Shown here in pieces: positions 35,972 to 45,484 of a DNA stretch of 64,000 nucleotides. The notes beneath the pieces are model-generated. The model had not been told where the DNA came from and ran no database searches. It was given only the letters and a program-made list of their open reading frames with translations. Position 1 is the stretch's first letter. Every line of letters begins with the position of its first letter. The translations under genes and the position numbers were made by a program. This stretch comes from a virus (Duplodnaviria; Heunggongvirae; Uroviricota; Caudoviricetes): the IMG/VR virus record IMGVR_UViG_3300033074_000450, positions 1 to 64,000 of that record; one strand, given 5' to 3'.

Positions 35972-36230
35972 ATATTCCAGAACTGTTTTAAGATTGGTCT
36001 TCAAAGACCGTAAATCGCTTGAGGTAAAGTTCCCAGATGGAGAACGACTTCCTGAGTTCTATAATCATTGCCACATGATACCAGCGATTATCCCAATAGC
36101 CAAAAGAATCAAAATAGATGACCTTCCAGAAGAGATGAAATATCATAAAATCGAAGTGAGCTTCAGATTGAGACGAGTCGAGGAAGCATGTGGCTGGAGA
36201 TATGCCCATTATTATCAAATTGATACCTAA
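35955..36230 (+). CDS. Hypothetical protein
   Basis: 91 aa. Confidence 0.3.
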   Translation: MAETLKYSRTVLRLVFKDRKSLEVKFPDGERLPEFYNHCHMIPAIIPIAKRIKIDDLPEEMKYHKIEVSFRLRRVEEACGWRYAHYYQIDT

Positions 36231-36309
36231 AATTAAATTTGCTTTTGTAAAAAAGAAATGGTACTCTAAGAAAGAATTAAAAATCAGACCCCTTAAAGGA
36301 GGAGTTAAA

Positions 36310-36969
36310 ATGAAAAAGTTCTTATTGGCCTGTTTGCTGGTTCTTGTTGGTTGTGCTGAAGATAAATCAGTAGTGGCTACAATTACAGCTATTGATGGGA
36401 AGAATGGTCATTCCATCGTATCTTCTTATAATTCAGCATCGGAGCTTGAGTGTGAGGGTTCTGCTGGTTACAGGCTAGATATGTTTGTAGACCTAGATGA
36501 TAGCTTGACTGCAAGTGAAGGAGATTTGTTCTCTAACAGCCTTGTAGTATGTGATGGACGCAATGGTTTGAATGGACAAAATGGTTTACAAGGTCCTCAA
36601 GGTGAGCAGGGTGAGCCTGGACCCCAAGGATTGCAAGGCTTGACTGGTCCCCAAGGAACTCCTGGAGAACAAGGTGAGCCTGGTCCAGTTGGTCCTCAAG
36701 GTCCCCAAGGACCACAAGGTATTCAAGGTCCGTCTGGTTCTTCTGGAGCCACTATTGTAGCTTATTCTTCAAACTCGTGTACCAAAATCAGTGGCACTAG
36801 CGTTTATGTGAAACCTACTGGCAGCAATAACTTTGGACTCTATTCAAGTAGTTCATGCAGTAGCTCAAGCAAGTTCGCTGAAGTATCTCAAGGCGAATCT
36901 TATTGGGTATCTGGTAACGCTCTAGCAATTTGGAATGATGGCTCACTTCGAGTTATCACATTTAACTAA
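36310..36969 (+). CDS. Collagen-like (Gly-X-Y repeat) lipoprotein
   Basis: Lipobox signal [15 protein letters not shown]. About 25 uninterrupted G-X-Y triplets ([22 protein letters not shown]...). AAGGAGG RBS. Confidence 0.65.
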   Translation: MKKFLLACLLVLVGCAEDKSVVATITAIDGKNGHSIVSSYNSASELECEGSAGYRLDMFVDLDDSLTASEGDLFSNSLVVCDGRNGLNGQNGLQGPQGEQGEPGPQGLQGLTGPQGTPGEQGEPGPVGPQGPQGPQGIQGPSGSSGATIVAYSSNSCTKISGTSVYVKPTGSNNFGLYSSSSCSSSSKFAEVSQGESYWVSGNALAIWNDGSLRVITFN

Positions 36970-36974
36970 GGAGA

Positions 36975-37484
36975 ATGCAGATGAAACATCTAATTATCTT
37001 TTTGTTGTTTGCAGTAGTTAGCGTTGCACAAGCAAAAGAAACTTGTGAAGAGAGTGTGACTCAGCATATTGAAGACGTAGTTTATGAAGTGAATACGGAT
37101 ATGCCCAAACATCTTAAGGGAGCCACTATCACAGTGACTCTTGCTGATGGTAAGACTAGCACAGTACCAGCAGAGAGGTTCATGGTTGTTCCACGAGTTC
37201 AAAAGACAGTTGTGGGTCAAAATGTTCTCCTAGCTAAGAATGTAACGTGCAGTAAGTCAGGCAATAAGAACATTCTTATCGGTGAGGTTCGTAAGGATGT
37301 GACTGGACATGAAACTACTACCGAGGCCATCCCAGGAGGAATCAAGTCTACGACTAAGAGTGTTAAAGAATTGGTTCCTGGAGTCAATTACTATCGACGA
37401 GAACTCTTCGATACTCCAGTGGGAGCAGGAGTTGGAGTGGATACAAATGGTACAGTTAAAGCATTGATTGGTATAGATTTCTAA
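36975..37484 (+). CDS. Secreted protein of unknown function
   Basis: Signal peptide MKHLIIFLLFAVVSVAQA. Confidence 0.45.
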   Translation: MQMKHLIIFLLFAVVSVAQAKETCEESVTQHIEDVVYEVNTDMPKHLKGATITVTLADGKTSTVPAERFMVVPRVQKTVVGQNVLLAKNVTCSKSGNKNILIGEVRKDVTGHETTTEAIPGGIKSTTKSVKELVPGVNYYRRELFDTPVGAGVGVDTNGTVKALIGIDF

Positions 37485-37493
37485 TCAAATATA

Positions 37494-37522
37494 GGGCTCC
37501 TCATTGGAGCCCTTCTCATTTC
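37494..37522 (+). terminator. Rho-independent terminator
   Basis: GGGCTCC-tcatt-GGAGCCC followed by TTCTCATTT. Confidence 0.65.
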
Positions 37523-37595
37523 AATACATAAGTAAAATTTACTATCCAACAGCTTAAAGCTATGAGATAATGTATTCATATCAAGGGAGGCTTTT

Positions 37596-39122
37596 GTGAG
37601 TAAATTCATTCCATCAAAATACCAGCAAGCTCTTTTCGATTGGATACAGAATGGTTCTGGTTCTGCCATCGTTGAAGCCGTTGCAGGTTCAGGTAAGACT
37701 ACATCAATGGTGCAGTCACTCAATATGATTGATTCTAAGAAGAGCATTCTGTTTTTAGCATTCAATAAATCAATCGCTGAAGAACTAGCTGAACGTGCTC
37801 CAAAGCATGTTAAGTGTATGACTATGAACGCATTAGGTCACAGAGCTGTAATGCAGCAGTTTGGTCGAGTGACTCTTGATGCCAAGAAGACTCAGCTTAT
37901 CCTTGACCGTATGTTTGATGCTGGAATGATTTCAGCAGACGATGACCGCATGTATAACTTCCTAATCAAGAAGCTCGTTAACATTGCTAAATCAGTTGGG
38001 CTAGTTCCTCAATCAGCTAACAAAATCTCATTGGTTCCAGATACCAGCGAGACTTGGGACAAGCTCATTGATTATTTTGATATCGAAATTGGTTCTGCTG
38101 ATATGAGTCCCGATGCTGTTCATGCAATGACTGACAAAGCTATCGAACTCACTAGAATGGCTCTGGTTATGTCAATCAATGAGACCAAAATCATTGACTT
38201 TAATGACCAGCTTTATTTTCCTGTAGTATATGGCTTGCCAATGACTCAATACGATTGGGTATTTGTGGATGAGTCTCAAGATATCAGCTCTATTCAACGT
38301 ACAATGTTGACTAAGACTCTTAAAAAGGATGGCAGACTTGTAGCCGTTGGAGACCCAAGACAAGCAATATATGGCTTTCGTGGAGCTGATTCAGATTCAA
38401 TGAATCAAATAGCTAAGACTTTCAACTGTACTAACTTGCCACTCTCAATCTCTTATCGTTGTCCTAAAGCAGTTGTCCGTGAAGCTCAAACAATCGTTAG
38501 TCATATAGAAGCTTCTGAAACTGCTCCAGAAGGATTGGTTCAGAATCTAGGTCTTGCAGCTCCTAGCTTATTTAAAGTCAATGACATGGTTGTATGTCGC
38601 AATACAGCTCCATTGGTTCAGTTGGCCTATTCACTCATCAGTAATAAGATTCCAGCTAAAGTCATGGGAAGAGACATAGGTGAGGGTTTAGTAAGTTTGG
38701 TTAAGAAGCTCAGAGCTAAGAGCGTTCTTGAGTTGAGTTCTAAGCTGTTAGCTTGGAAGGACCGTGAGACTCAGCGTTTACTTAAAGATGACCCCGAAGC
38801 CAATCTTAGTAAGGTTGAAGATAAGTTTGAGTGTTTGAATTGCTTTATTGAGTTCTCTGGAGCTGAAACCGTTGACCAGTTGATTCGTGCTATTCAAACT
38901 ATGTTCGGTGAGGAGTCAGCAGGAACAGTTCTATTATCTACCATCCACAAAGCAAAGGGTTTGGAAGCCAAGCGTGTATTTATTCTAGATGCTTGGAGGA
39001 TGCCATCTCCTTATGCTCGTAAGCCGCATCAGCGTGAGCAAGAAATGAATCTTTTATATGTTGCCATCACACGAGCACAGCAAGAGCTGTACTATGTGGA
39101 CATGCCAAAGAAGAAGAAATAG
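37596..39122 (+). CDS. UvrD/Rep/PcrA-family SF1 DNA helicase
   Basis: Walker A AGSGKTT, Walker B VFVDESQD, VGDPRQAIYGFRGAD, ISYRCP, TIHKAKGLE, VAITRAQQ. GTG start with AGGGAGG RBS. Confidence 0.8.
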   Translation: MSKFIPSKYQQALFDWIQNGSGSAIVEAVAGSGKTTSMVQSLNMIDSKKSILFLAFNKSIAEELAERAPKHVKCMTMNALGHRAVMQQFGRVTLDAKKTQLILDRMFDAGMISADDDRMYNFLIKKLVNIAKSVGLVPQSANKISLVPDTSETWDKLIDYFDIEIGSADMSPDAVHAMTDKAIELTRMALVMSINETKIIDFNDQLYFPVVYGLPMTQYDWVFVDESQDISSIQRTMLTKTLKKDGRLVAVGDPRQAIYGFRGADSDSMNQIAKTFNCTNLPLSISYRCPKAVVREAQTIVSHIEASETAPEGLVQNLGLAAPSLFKVNDMVVCRNTAPLVQLAYSLISNKIPAKVMGRDIGEGLVSLVKKLRAKSVLELSSKLLAWKDRETQRLLKDDPEANLSKVEDKFECLNCFIEFSGAETVDQLIRAIQTMFGEESAGTVLLSTIHKAKGLEAKRVFILDAWRMPSPYARKPHQREQEMNLLYVAITRAQQELYYVDMPKKKK

Positions 39123-39131
39123 GAGGCTATT

Positions 39132-39458
39132 ATGAAGGCATTCTATCTGTTAAGACATGAAGATGTACACGGGAATAGTGGCACTGGAGTTGTAGCTGAA
39201 GGTGTCATATTCTATGATGGTACTGGAGCCTTTACTTGGTTATCTCCTGAAAAGACTGTAACCACATTCCAAAGCATTCAAACCATCAAACGCTTGCACA
39301 GTCACGAAGGTAGAACAGAAATAGTAATAGAGGGTGGACGCACTAAGAAGGCTCAAGAGAAGTTCAATGCTTGTAAACAGTTGGCTAGTGATAAGAAGCA
39401 TCAGTTGAAACTTGCTGAAGACGAGGCCAAAGCCAATAAGAAAAAGGTGGAATCATGA
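39132..39458 (+). CDS. Hypothetical protein
   Basis: 108 aa. Confidence 0.4.
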   Translation: MKAFYLLRHEDVHGNSGTGVVAEGVIFYDGTGAFTWLSPEKTVTTFQSIQTIKRLHSHEGRTEIVIEGGRTKKAQEKFNACKQLASDKKHQLKLAEDEAKANKKKVES

Positions 39459-39823
39459 TTGGTCAAATGTTTTATAAATATAACAACAACAAACGAGTTT
39501 ATAGAGACCCCGAAACGGGAGAGAGCTTCAGCAGTCCTATATTCAAGTATTCATTCGAGGAATGGTATATCATAGGGGAGACTTCTCGCAGTTGGTTACT
39601 TGCCACTTCAAAAGACCGTAAGCCAGACTCCAAATGGGGAGTAGTTAAGTTTCCTAAGAACCAGGAGCTTAAAGAACACGGCTATCTAACTGAATCAGAA
39701 AGAAACGACTCAATTCTGTACCATGATAACTATTATAGAACAGTTGAGCGTGTTCGTAATATTAGGGATTGGAAAAACCTCAAAGAACTGATATATTTTC
39801 TGGATGAGAGAGGTATCAAGTGA
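39455..39823 (+). CDS. Hypothetical protein
   Basis: 122 aa. Confidence 0.4.
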   Translation: MIGQMFYKYNNNKRVYRDPETGESFSSPIFKYSFEEWYIIGETSRSWLLATSKDRKPDSKWGVVKFPKNQELKEHGYLTESERNDSILYHDNYYRTVERVRNIRDWKNLKELIYFLDERGIK

Positions 39824-40080
39824 TTAACAATACATTTTTTATTGTTTGCAGGGAGAAAGATATAAGAAATCCCAATCATGAACATCCTAATCGAGACCGC
39901 TGGGGTTGGGAATTCGCTGATGATATAGAGCGTTTAGATTACAAAGAAGCTCTAAAAGACTTGAGAGAATACCAGGCAGCAATGCCAAGCCATGTTGTCC
40001 GTATTCGTGCTGTACCAACAGATAAAAACCGTTATGATTACAATGAGAACTCTAAACCAGAGTCCCATAGGAGCAAATAA
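39820..40080 (+). CDS. Hypothetical protein
   Basis: 86 aa. Confidence 0.35.
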   Translation: MINNTFFIVCREKDIRNPNHEHPNRDRWGWEFADDIERLDYKEALKDLREYQAAMPSHVVRIRAVPTDKNRYDYNENSKPESHRSK

Positions 40081-40430
40081 TGGCATATCAATTACCAGGC
40101 ATTCACGTTAAGTTCGTTAAGAATCGCATTGATATTGGTCATGCCATCGGGAATCCAGAGGGTGATTACATGGCATTCCCTAGAGCACAGCTTAAGCAGC
40201 TCATAGGCAGGAACTATCGTCAAGCTATCGAAGAGGCCACATTGGTTATATTGGAATCTCGTATTGAGATTAAAGTGACCAGGGTAGTCGAGTATGACGA
40301 GGACGATACCATCTGCATTTATTGTGGAGCCGATTCAATCATACCAGCACAAGTAATTCCCTTGACTAAATACATTGAAAAGTCTACACTTACTAAAGTC
40401 AAGGAATATATCATGGAGTTAGTAGCATGA
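40080..40430 (+). CDS. Hypothetical protein
   Basis: 116 aa. Confidence 0.4.
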   Translation: MAYQLPGIHVKFVKNRIDIGHAIGNPEGDYMAFPRAQLKQLIGRNYRQAIEEATLVILESRIEIKVTRVVEYDEDDTICIYCGADSIIPAQVIPLTKYIEKSTLTKVKEYIMELVA

Positions 40431-40768
40431 AAATAGCATTTGATGTCAAAGGTACAATCGAAGGACCTAGAAAGATTCAAGTTTTAGCAATGCTAAGACA
40501 TCTTAAGGAGTTGGGTCATGAAGTAATTGTATGGTCTAATCTGTATTCTTATGCCACTGACGCAGTAAGAAATTATGACCTAAATGTAGAGGCTACTTCT
40601 AAAAAAATGATGCTGGACTATGATTCAGAATCAGAAGCAATGGACTTAGCTATTGAAGATGACCGTTCTCAAACATGGTTGGGAGCCAAAAAATTCTTGT
40701 TTGTAGATGAGATTCCAGACAACTCAACTGAAGCTATAAAAATTATGATGGAGCGTCTAAATGGCTAA
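40427..40768 (+). CDS. Hypothetical protein with a weak HAD-like N-terminal motif
   Basis: IAFDVKGTI resembles the HAD motif I hhhDxDGT, but the second Asp is replaced. Confidence 0.3.
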   Translation: MKIAFDVKGTIEGPRKIQVLAMLRHLKELGHEVIVWSNLYSYATDAVRNYDLNVEATSKKMMLDYDSESEAMDLAIEDDRSQTWLGAKKFLFVDEIPDNSTEAIKIMMERLNG

Positions 40769-41048
40769 CAAATTAAATGTTTTTAAAGCTGGAGACAACG
40801 TAACATTCAGAGGTTTGACCGTTGGTAATATTACATTAGCTCCTAGAAGCGGTGTACTCCGTAAGAATGATGATAATACAACTGTTAAGGGAGTGACATC
40901 AATTATAGGAGACAAGGACCAATTACTATTCAATCCAGATGGAACTATCTATTGCCACTCGCAGCATGGTGTATTGTTAGCGAAACTTGGTAAGCGTAGA
41001 GCCAATACGAGGGGGAGCCGTGAAAACAGTAAAAGTAAGAAAAGATAA
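40761..41048 (+). CDS. Hypothetical protein
   Basis: 95 aa. Confidence 0.35.
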   Translation: MANKLNVFKAGDNVTFRGLTVGNITLAPRSGVLRKNDDNTTVKGVTSIIGDKDQLLFNPDGTIYCHSQHGVLLAKLGKRRANTRGSRENSKSKKR

Positions 41049-41229
41049 GAAAACTGGAGAGTGTTTCCTCAAGCTTGATGATTTTGCAAGCATAATAGAT
41101 ATTTCACGAGTTAAAAAATACACTCTAGAGCCAGTAGATGATTATGATGACAAAAATCCAAATGGAACTAAGGCTTTGATTTTAAAGTTTTACGATGAGA
41201 ATGACCAAATAGTGGAGGCCAAATCATGA
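41020..41229 (+). CDS. Small hypothetical protein (GTG start)
   Basis: GTG at 41020 with GGGGGAG RBS. The ORF as given (from 40987) overlaps the upstream gene by 62 nt. Confidence 0.25.
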   Translation: MKTVKVRKDKKTGECFLKLDDFASIIDISRVKKYTLEPVDDYDDKNPNGTKALILKFYDENDQIVEAKS

Positions 41230-41453
41230 CGGAAGCCATTGCATTACAACTAATTATTGCAGTTTCAACATTTTGCACGACATTCTACAATCAAGAAGTA
41301 AAACGAGTCAGTGAAACTCGAATGGAGCAAGAGACTCCAAGGGGCTGTTATCAGAAGATATGGACATGTGGACACAAAACAACTGATGCCACAGTTATTT
41401 CTGTGGAGACACATAATTGTATTGGAAAATATTTAAGGGGAGAATTAAAATGA
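41226..41453 (+). CDS. Small Cys-containing hypothetical protein
   Basis: 75 aa. Confidence 0.3.
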   Translation: MTEAIALQLIIAVSTFCTTFYNQEVKRVSETRMEQETPRGCYQKIWTCGHKTTDATVISVETHNCIGKYLRGELK

Positions 41454-41752
41454 AAAACTTATTTTTAACTTTGTTACTCACGCTTCAGGCTAATGCAGGG
41501 ACTCCTTTTTTAGATGAAACCACAATTTCATTTAAAAAAGATATAAGACCTATATTTAAACAGGCATGTACAAAATGTCATAATGGGAGCAACAAGCTAC
41601 CAGATATTACTAAATATCAAGTGGCTTTCGATTTGAAAAATGAAATAGTAGCTCGTGTTACTTCTGATAAGACTATGCCAATGTATGGTAAATTATCTGA
41701 ATCCAACAGAGAACTAATTAAGCTTTGGGTAGAGCAAGGTGCAAAAAAATGA
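41450..41752 (+). CDS. Secreted cytochrome-c-like (CXXCH) domain protein, paralog of 6561..6830
   Basis: Signal peptide MKNLFLTLLLTLQANA. CTKCH motif, MPMYG motif, and WVEQGAKK C-terminus. Start trimmed to the Met with a GGGAGA RBS. Confidence 0.55.
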   Translation: MKNLFLTLLLTLQANAGTPFLDETTISFKKDIRPIFKQACTKCHNGSNKLPDITKYQVAFDLKNEIVARVTSDKTMPMYGKLSESNRELIKLWVEQGAKK

Positions 41753-41967
41753 TGTTCAGACTTCTCAAACACAATACTATTGCAGGTGAGTATAAGTTCT
41801 CAGGAACTATTGTGCGAATGAGTGTGTTTGATAAGGTGACTGATGATGGCAGGTTAGTATTTCACTATGATAATGACCGCTATCAGGTTCTACAAGCTGA
41901 TGAGTTCAAGATTGTATATGATTCAGCTCAGGAAATGGAACGAGAGCTGGGAAAGAAGGCAAAATGA
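41749..41967 (+). CDS. Small hypothetical protein
   Basis: ATGA overlap with the upstream stop. Confidence 0.3.
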   Translation: MMFRLLKHNTIAGEYKFSGTIVRMSVFDKVTDDGRLVFHYDNDRYQVLQADEFKIVYDSAQEMERELGKKAK

Positions 41968-42431
41968 AAATAAAGATTAGACTTATCTATCCTTATTTGG
42001 ATGTTGCAAACAACTTCATATATCTATCTCCGACTGGAGCCATCCGTAAAATCAGAACTGAATTTAATATCTTTGAGATGTCATTTGTTCACGGTGAGGA
42101 GCCAAACAACTATGACAATGATTTAATTAGACAAATTGAGGCCATCGAAGGTAAAAAGAACGTAGAGCTTGACCGTTTGGAAGATTGGTCATGCATTGTT
42201 TCGACTGATGGCACTATTGAGCATCCTTTTACTGGTAAGCGTGTCAAGGCAGAAAAACTTAAGATTGAAACATGGACCACTCGAAAGGAACTCCAGGCCA
42301 GAATGAGAGGCTACAGAGTTCAGATTGAAGACGCAGAACGCAAGGTACAACAGCTAAAAGACTCTAAAACAGCTATAGTAAACATTTTAAAATCAACTGA
42401 TGCTGATGCAGTCATGGTACAGGAGGGTTAG
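41964..42431 (+). CDS. Hypothetical protein
   Basis: 155 aa. Confidence 0.4.
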   Translation: MKIKIRLIYPYLDVANNFIYLSPTGAIRKIRTEFNIFEMSFVHGEEPNNYDNDLIRQIEAIEGKKNVELDRLEDWSCIVSTDGTIEHPFTGKRVKAEKLKIETWTTRKELQARMRGYRVQIEDAERKVQQLKDSKTAIVNILKSTDADAVMVQEG

Positions 42432-42668
42432 ATGAAAGCTCGTAAGTACTACATGCATAAGGCAGCCAAGGACGTATTCGTTGAGGTTCTAAGAGTCATG
42501 GGTGAGTCCGACGATTCACTCAGCGTATTAGTTCAGTGGTGGAATCTAGGTTTCACTGGGAATCCTTGGATGTTGCCAAACCGTACAGGTGGACCACTTC
42601 AGCAAGTGATTCAGATTAAAAAAGAACATGTTAAGAATTGGATTGAATTCAATCCCTCTGAAGACTAG
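42432..42668 (+). CDS. Hypothetical protein
   Basis: 78 aa. Confidence 0.35.
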   Translation: MKARKYYMHKAAKDVFVEVLRVMGESDDSLSVLVQWWNLGFTGNPWMLPNRTGGPLQQVIQIKKEHVKNWIEFNPSED

Positions 42669-42977
42669 AAAGCTATCAGAGACAAACAAAGGCTTGAAAA
42701 TGTTGGATGAAGCTCTACAAATAACAATAGGAGCTATTATAATAATTACAGCGTTGGTTTTCATGGGAGTGATTCAATGAAAGTTTTAGAAGCCACATTT
42801 GAATTGGTAGTATTTGCGATTCAAGTGATTGTAGTGGCAGGAGTATTGAGTCATGTGTTCCCGATTTAGGTTATTTTTGAAACTGATTGCAGCTTACTTA
42901 CTATTCGTATTCGTGTCAGTCAGTGTGCAGTTGGTTTACTGGACTATGAAACTATCAATGTGGTTGGAGGGTTTAAA

Positions 42978-43316
42978 ATGATTGTACCTTATGTTTATAA
43001 AGCGAAAGTCATCAATGTAGTTGACGGTGACACTATTGATGTAGTGATTGACGTTGGTTTCAAGCTAACCACAACTCTAAGACTCAGACTTCTAGGAGTT
43101 GACACCGCTGAACTAACTTCCAAGGATGCTATAGAACGAGCCAAGGCTCAGGAAGCCAAGCTCTATGTCATTCAGGAGCTATTAAATAAAGACGTTATTA
43201 TTCAAACCGAGAAGGCAGATTCATTTGGTAGATATCTTGCAAAAGTAATGATTGCAGACCGAAACTTTAATGAAGAGCTATTGCAAAAGGGACTAGCTGT
43301 TCCTTTCAAGGGGTAG
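42978..43316 (+). CDS. Staphylococcal-nuclease-like (SNase/thermonuclease fold) nuclease
   Basis: VVDGDTIDV and LRLLGVDTAE match SNase DGDT / R-L-x-G-I-D-x-P-E motifs. Start trimmed to the Met with a GGAGGG RBS. Confidence 0.55.
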   Translation: MIVPYVYKAKVINVVDGDTIDVVIDVGFKLTTTLRLRLLGVDTAELTSKDAIERAKAQEAKLYVIQELLNKDVIIQTEKADSFGRYLAKVMIADRNFNEELLQKGLAVPFKG

Positions 43317-43318
43317 AC

Positions 43319-43516
43319 ATGGAAAATGAGCCAAAAATCACAGACGCAAACCAAGTTTATGTTGAAGTAGATACCAATAGTGCTCTAAGAGTTAAAGGGG
43401 TAGCCGATTTAGTAGCCACTCTAACTCACATGGGAGCAGTTGGGGAGGTTGGACTCAGAATGAAGGATGTTGACACTGGAGAAGTTTTTGTTATCTCTTA
43501 TCAAGGTAAGGAGTAA
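43319..43516 (+). CDS. Hypothetical protein
   Basis: 65 aa. Confidence 0.3.
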   Translation: MENEPKITDANQVYVEVDTNSALRVKGVADLVATLTHMGAVGEVGLRMKDVDTGEVFVISYQGKE

Positions 43517-43519
43517 GTT

Positions 43520-44443
43520 ATGAAAAAAATTATATGTTTATATGGTGGACCAGGAGCAGGTAAGTCAACCCTTGCAGCAGGACTATTCTACAGACTTAAG
43601 TGTTTGGGACTAACTTGCGAAATGAACCGAGAATACATCAAAGACTGGGTATGGGAAGGCAGGAAAATCCGACCAGGCGACCAGACGTATTATTTTGCCA
43701 AGCAAGCTCGTAAGGAACGAGTGTACATGGAAAATGGAGTTGATGTAATTATTACAGATTCGCCACTCATTCTCACTCACTTCTATGGTCTTAAGTATGA
43801 CCACTTTGAACAGACTTCCAATACATCACTTGTCATGCTGAAGCATCATCACGAAGTTTGCAAGTATTATGGTTTTAAAGTAGAGCATTTTGTGTTATCT
43901 AGAACCAAGCCCTATGACCCCAAGGGCAGAAACGAAGATGTAGAAACCGCTAAGCGTTACGATACAGAAATCCAAGACATGTTAGATTCTGTGGGAATAA
44001 AATATACTAAAATTGATGCCAACTCAGGTGAGGACGCATTGAATCAGATAGTTGACATCCTAACAATGACTGAAGCTCAGAAGTTAGAGCGAGATGTAGA
44101 TGCGGCTTTCGTTAGTTATGCAGCAGAGAATCCAGATGCAGACTTAAGTGATGTTGAGGCATGGGTTCCGTCAGAACGCATTGATATTGTAGAGACTGAG
44201 CTGTTACCAAGACTCAGAGTTACAGAAGATTCCACACTCAATCCTAAGTTAAAGTCTTTTAGAACCATTAGTGCTCCTTGGGGTATTACAATAGAAAAAT
44301 ATTTCGGAAACAAAATCCAAGTATATCCTAGAGGTAAGCTTGAGGCCAACAAGCTGGCACTGAAGGCAGCAGCGGAGCGAATGAGAGCTGATGAATTGAA
44401 AGTATTTCAAAACCAAGACAAGCAGAAAATAATTAAGGAGTAA
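43520..44443 (+). CDS. P-loop kinase (polynucleotide-kinase / AAA_33-like)
   Basis: MKKIICLYGGPGAGKSTLA resembles the T4 Pnk N-terminus MKKIILTIGCPGSGKST. No HAD phosphatase domain follows. Confidence 0.45.
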   Translation: MKKIICLYGGPGAGKSTLAAGLFYRLKCLGLTCEMNREYIKDWVWEGRKIRPGDQTYYFAKQARKERVYMENGVDVIITDSPLILTHFYGLKYDHFEQTSNTSLVMLKHHHEVCKYYGFKVEHFVLSRTKPYDPKGRNEDVETAKRYDTEIQDMLDSVGIKYTKIDANSGEDALNQIVDILTMTEAQKLERDVDAAFVSYAAENPDADLSDVEAWVPSERIDIVETELLPRLRVTEDSTLNPKLKSFRTISAPWGITIEKYFGNKIQVYPRGKLEANKLALKAAAERMRADELKVFQNQDKQKIIKE

Positions 44444-44446
44444 ACT

Positions 44447-44650
44447 ATGAAAACGATATTTTGTCCTCCAGAGCATGAGCCAGATACTTTGATTGAATGT
44501 TCAAAGGGACATCAGTTTTGGGTAACTCCTATTGGAGAAGAAAACTTGGAATGGAGCGAAAAACACAAGAGTCTTAAGGCAGTTTGCCCAACTTGTGGAG
44601 AACGAGAAGAAAATGAAATAAATTTAGGAGGTTTCAATGGAATTCGATAA
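44447..44650 (+). CDS. Zinc-ribbon protein
   Basis: C..H...CPTCGE. Confidence 0.35.
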   Translation: MKTIFCPPEHEPDTLIECSKGHQFWVTPIGEENLEWSEKHKSLKAVCPTCGEREENEINLGGFNGIR

Positions 44651-44987
44651 GCCATCCACTAAATACATGTTCTATTCAATTATAGGACTCGCTATTGTTG
44701 CCATAATTGGACTGATGTCATTGCATATTAGTTATGAGAGAGCCGAGTCCCAAGCGGCTCACGACCGAGAGCTTGCTTGCAATACCCTCAAGCCTAAGTA
44801 TGGCAGCGTGTTTGAGGTACGCAGCGGCTTTTACGAAGGCAGACTGATTCAAGCCACTGAACTAAGACAGAATCAATACGTTAGAGGTTATATTGTCGAT
44901 GACTTGAGACCTTTAGGCCTTGTAAAATCTTCAGGGGAGCCAGTGACTTTAGAGTGTCCAATCCTAAAACTTGAGGGAGGCTATTAA
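44637..44987 (+). CDS. Membrane-anchored protein
   Basis: N-terminal TM helix MFYSIIGLAIVAIIGLMSL. Confidence 0.4.
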   Translation: MEFDKPSTKYMFYSIIGLAIVAIIGLMSLHISYERAESQAAHDRELACNTLKPKYGSVFEVRSGFYEGRLIQATELRQNQYVRGYIVDDLRPLGLVKSSGEPVTLECPILKLEGGY

Positions 44988-45242
44988 ATGAAATTCATTA
45001 TTCTAACTATATTCCTGAACTGGTCATCAGTCAAGTATGGCTCTGAAGCCGAAACCAAAACGCTGTATCTGAAAGCCACTCAAGTTACCACTATTCACGG
45101 GGAGGAAGATTACTACCACGATAAGCAAAACGAGAGCCCACTTTATACAGCTTGCAAGGTGGATATTGATGGCAAACCCCACTATGTATTTTCTTCATGT
45201 TCTGATTTAGTTGAAGAGGTCAACAAAGGACTAAGCAAATAA
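44988..45242 (+). CDS. Hypothetical protein with signal-like N-terminus
   Basis: 84 aa. Confidence 0.35.
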   Translation: MKFIILTIFLNWSSVKYGSEAETKTLYLKATQVTTIHGEEDYYHDKQNESPLYTACKVDIDGKPHYVFSSCSDLVEEVNKGLSK

Positions 45243-45484
45243 TGTACTGTGCGAAGTGTCAAGAACTCATGGCAGGTCAGACCGAAGTAAAAAATCCAGA
45301 GGGTTATTATTGGCCTTATTATTTTCAGCTATGTAAAAATTGCAGGTTATCCGACACTATGTCAGAGTCCGAGATGCGTTCAATTATTAAAACCAATGAG
45401 TGTATATGTGATGCAAGCTGGTCAGGTAGAGATGATGCTCAGTGGTTAGCTTGTGGAGCACCTAGTTGTGTCTGTAAAGGTTAA
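45242..45484 (+). CDS. Cys-rich small protein
   Basis: CAKC..CKNC..CIC..CGAPSCVC. Confidence 0.35.
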   Translation: MYCAKCQELMAGQTEVKNPEGYYWPYYFQLCKNCRLSDTMSESEMRSIIKTNECICDASWSGRDDAQWLACGAPSCVCKG

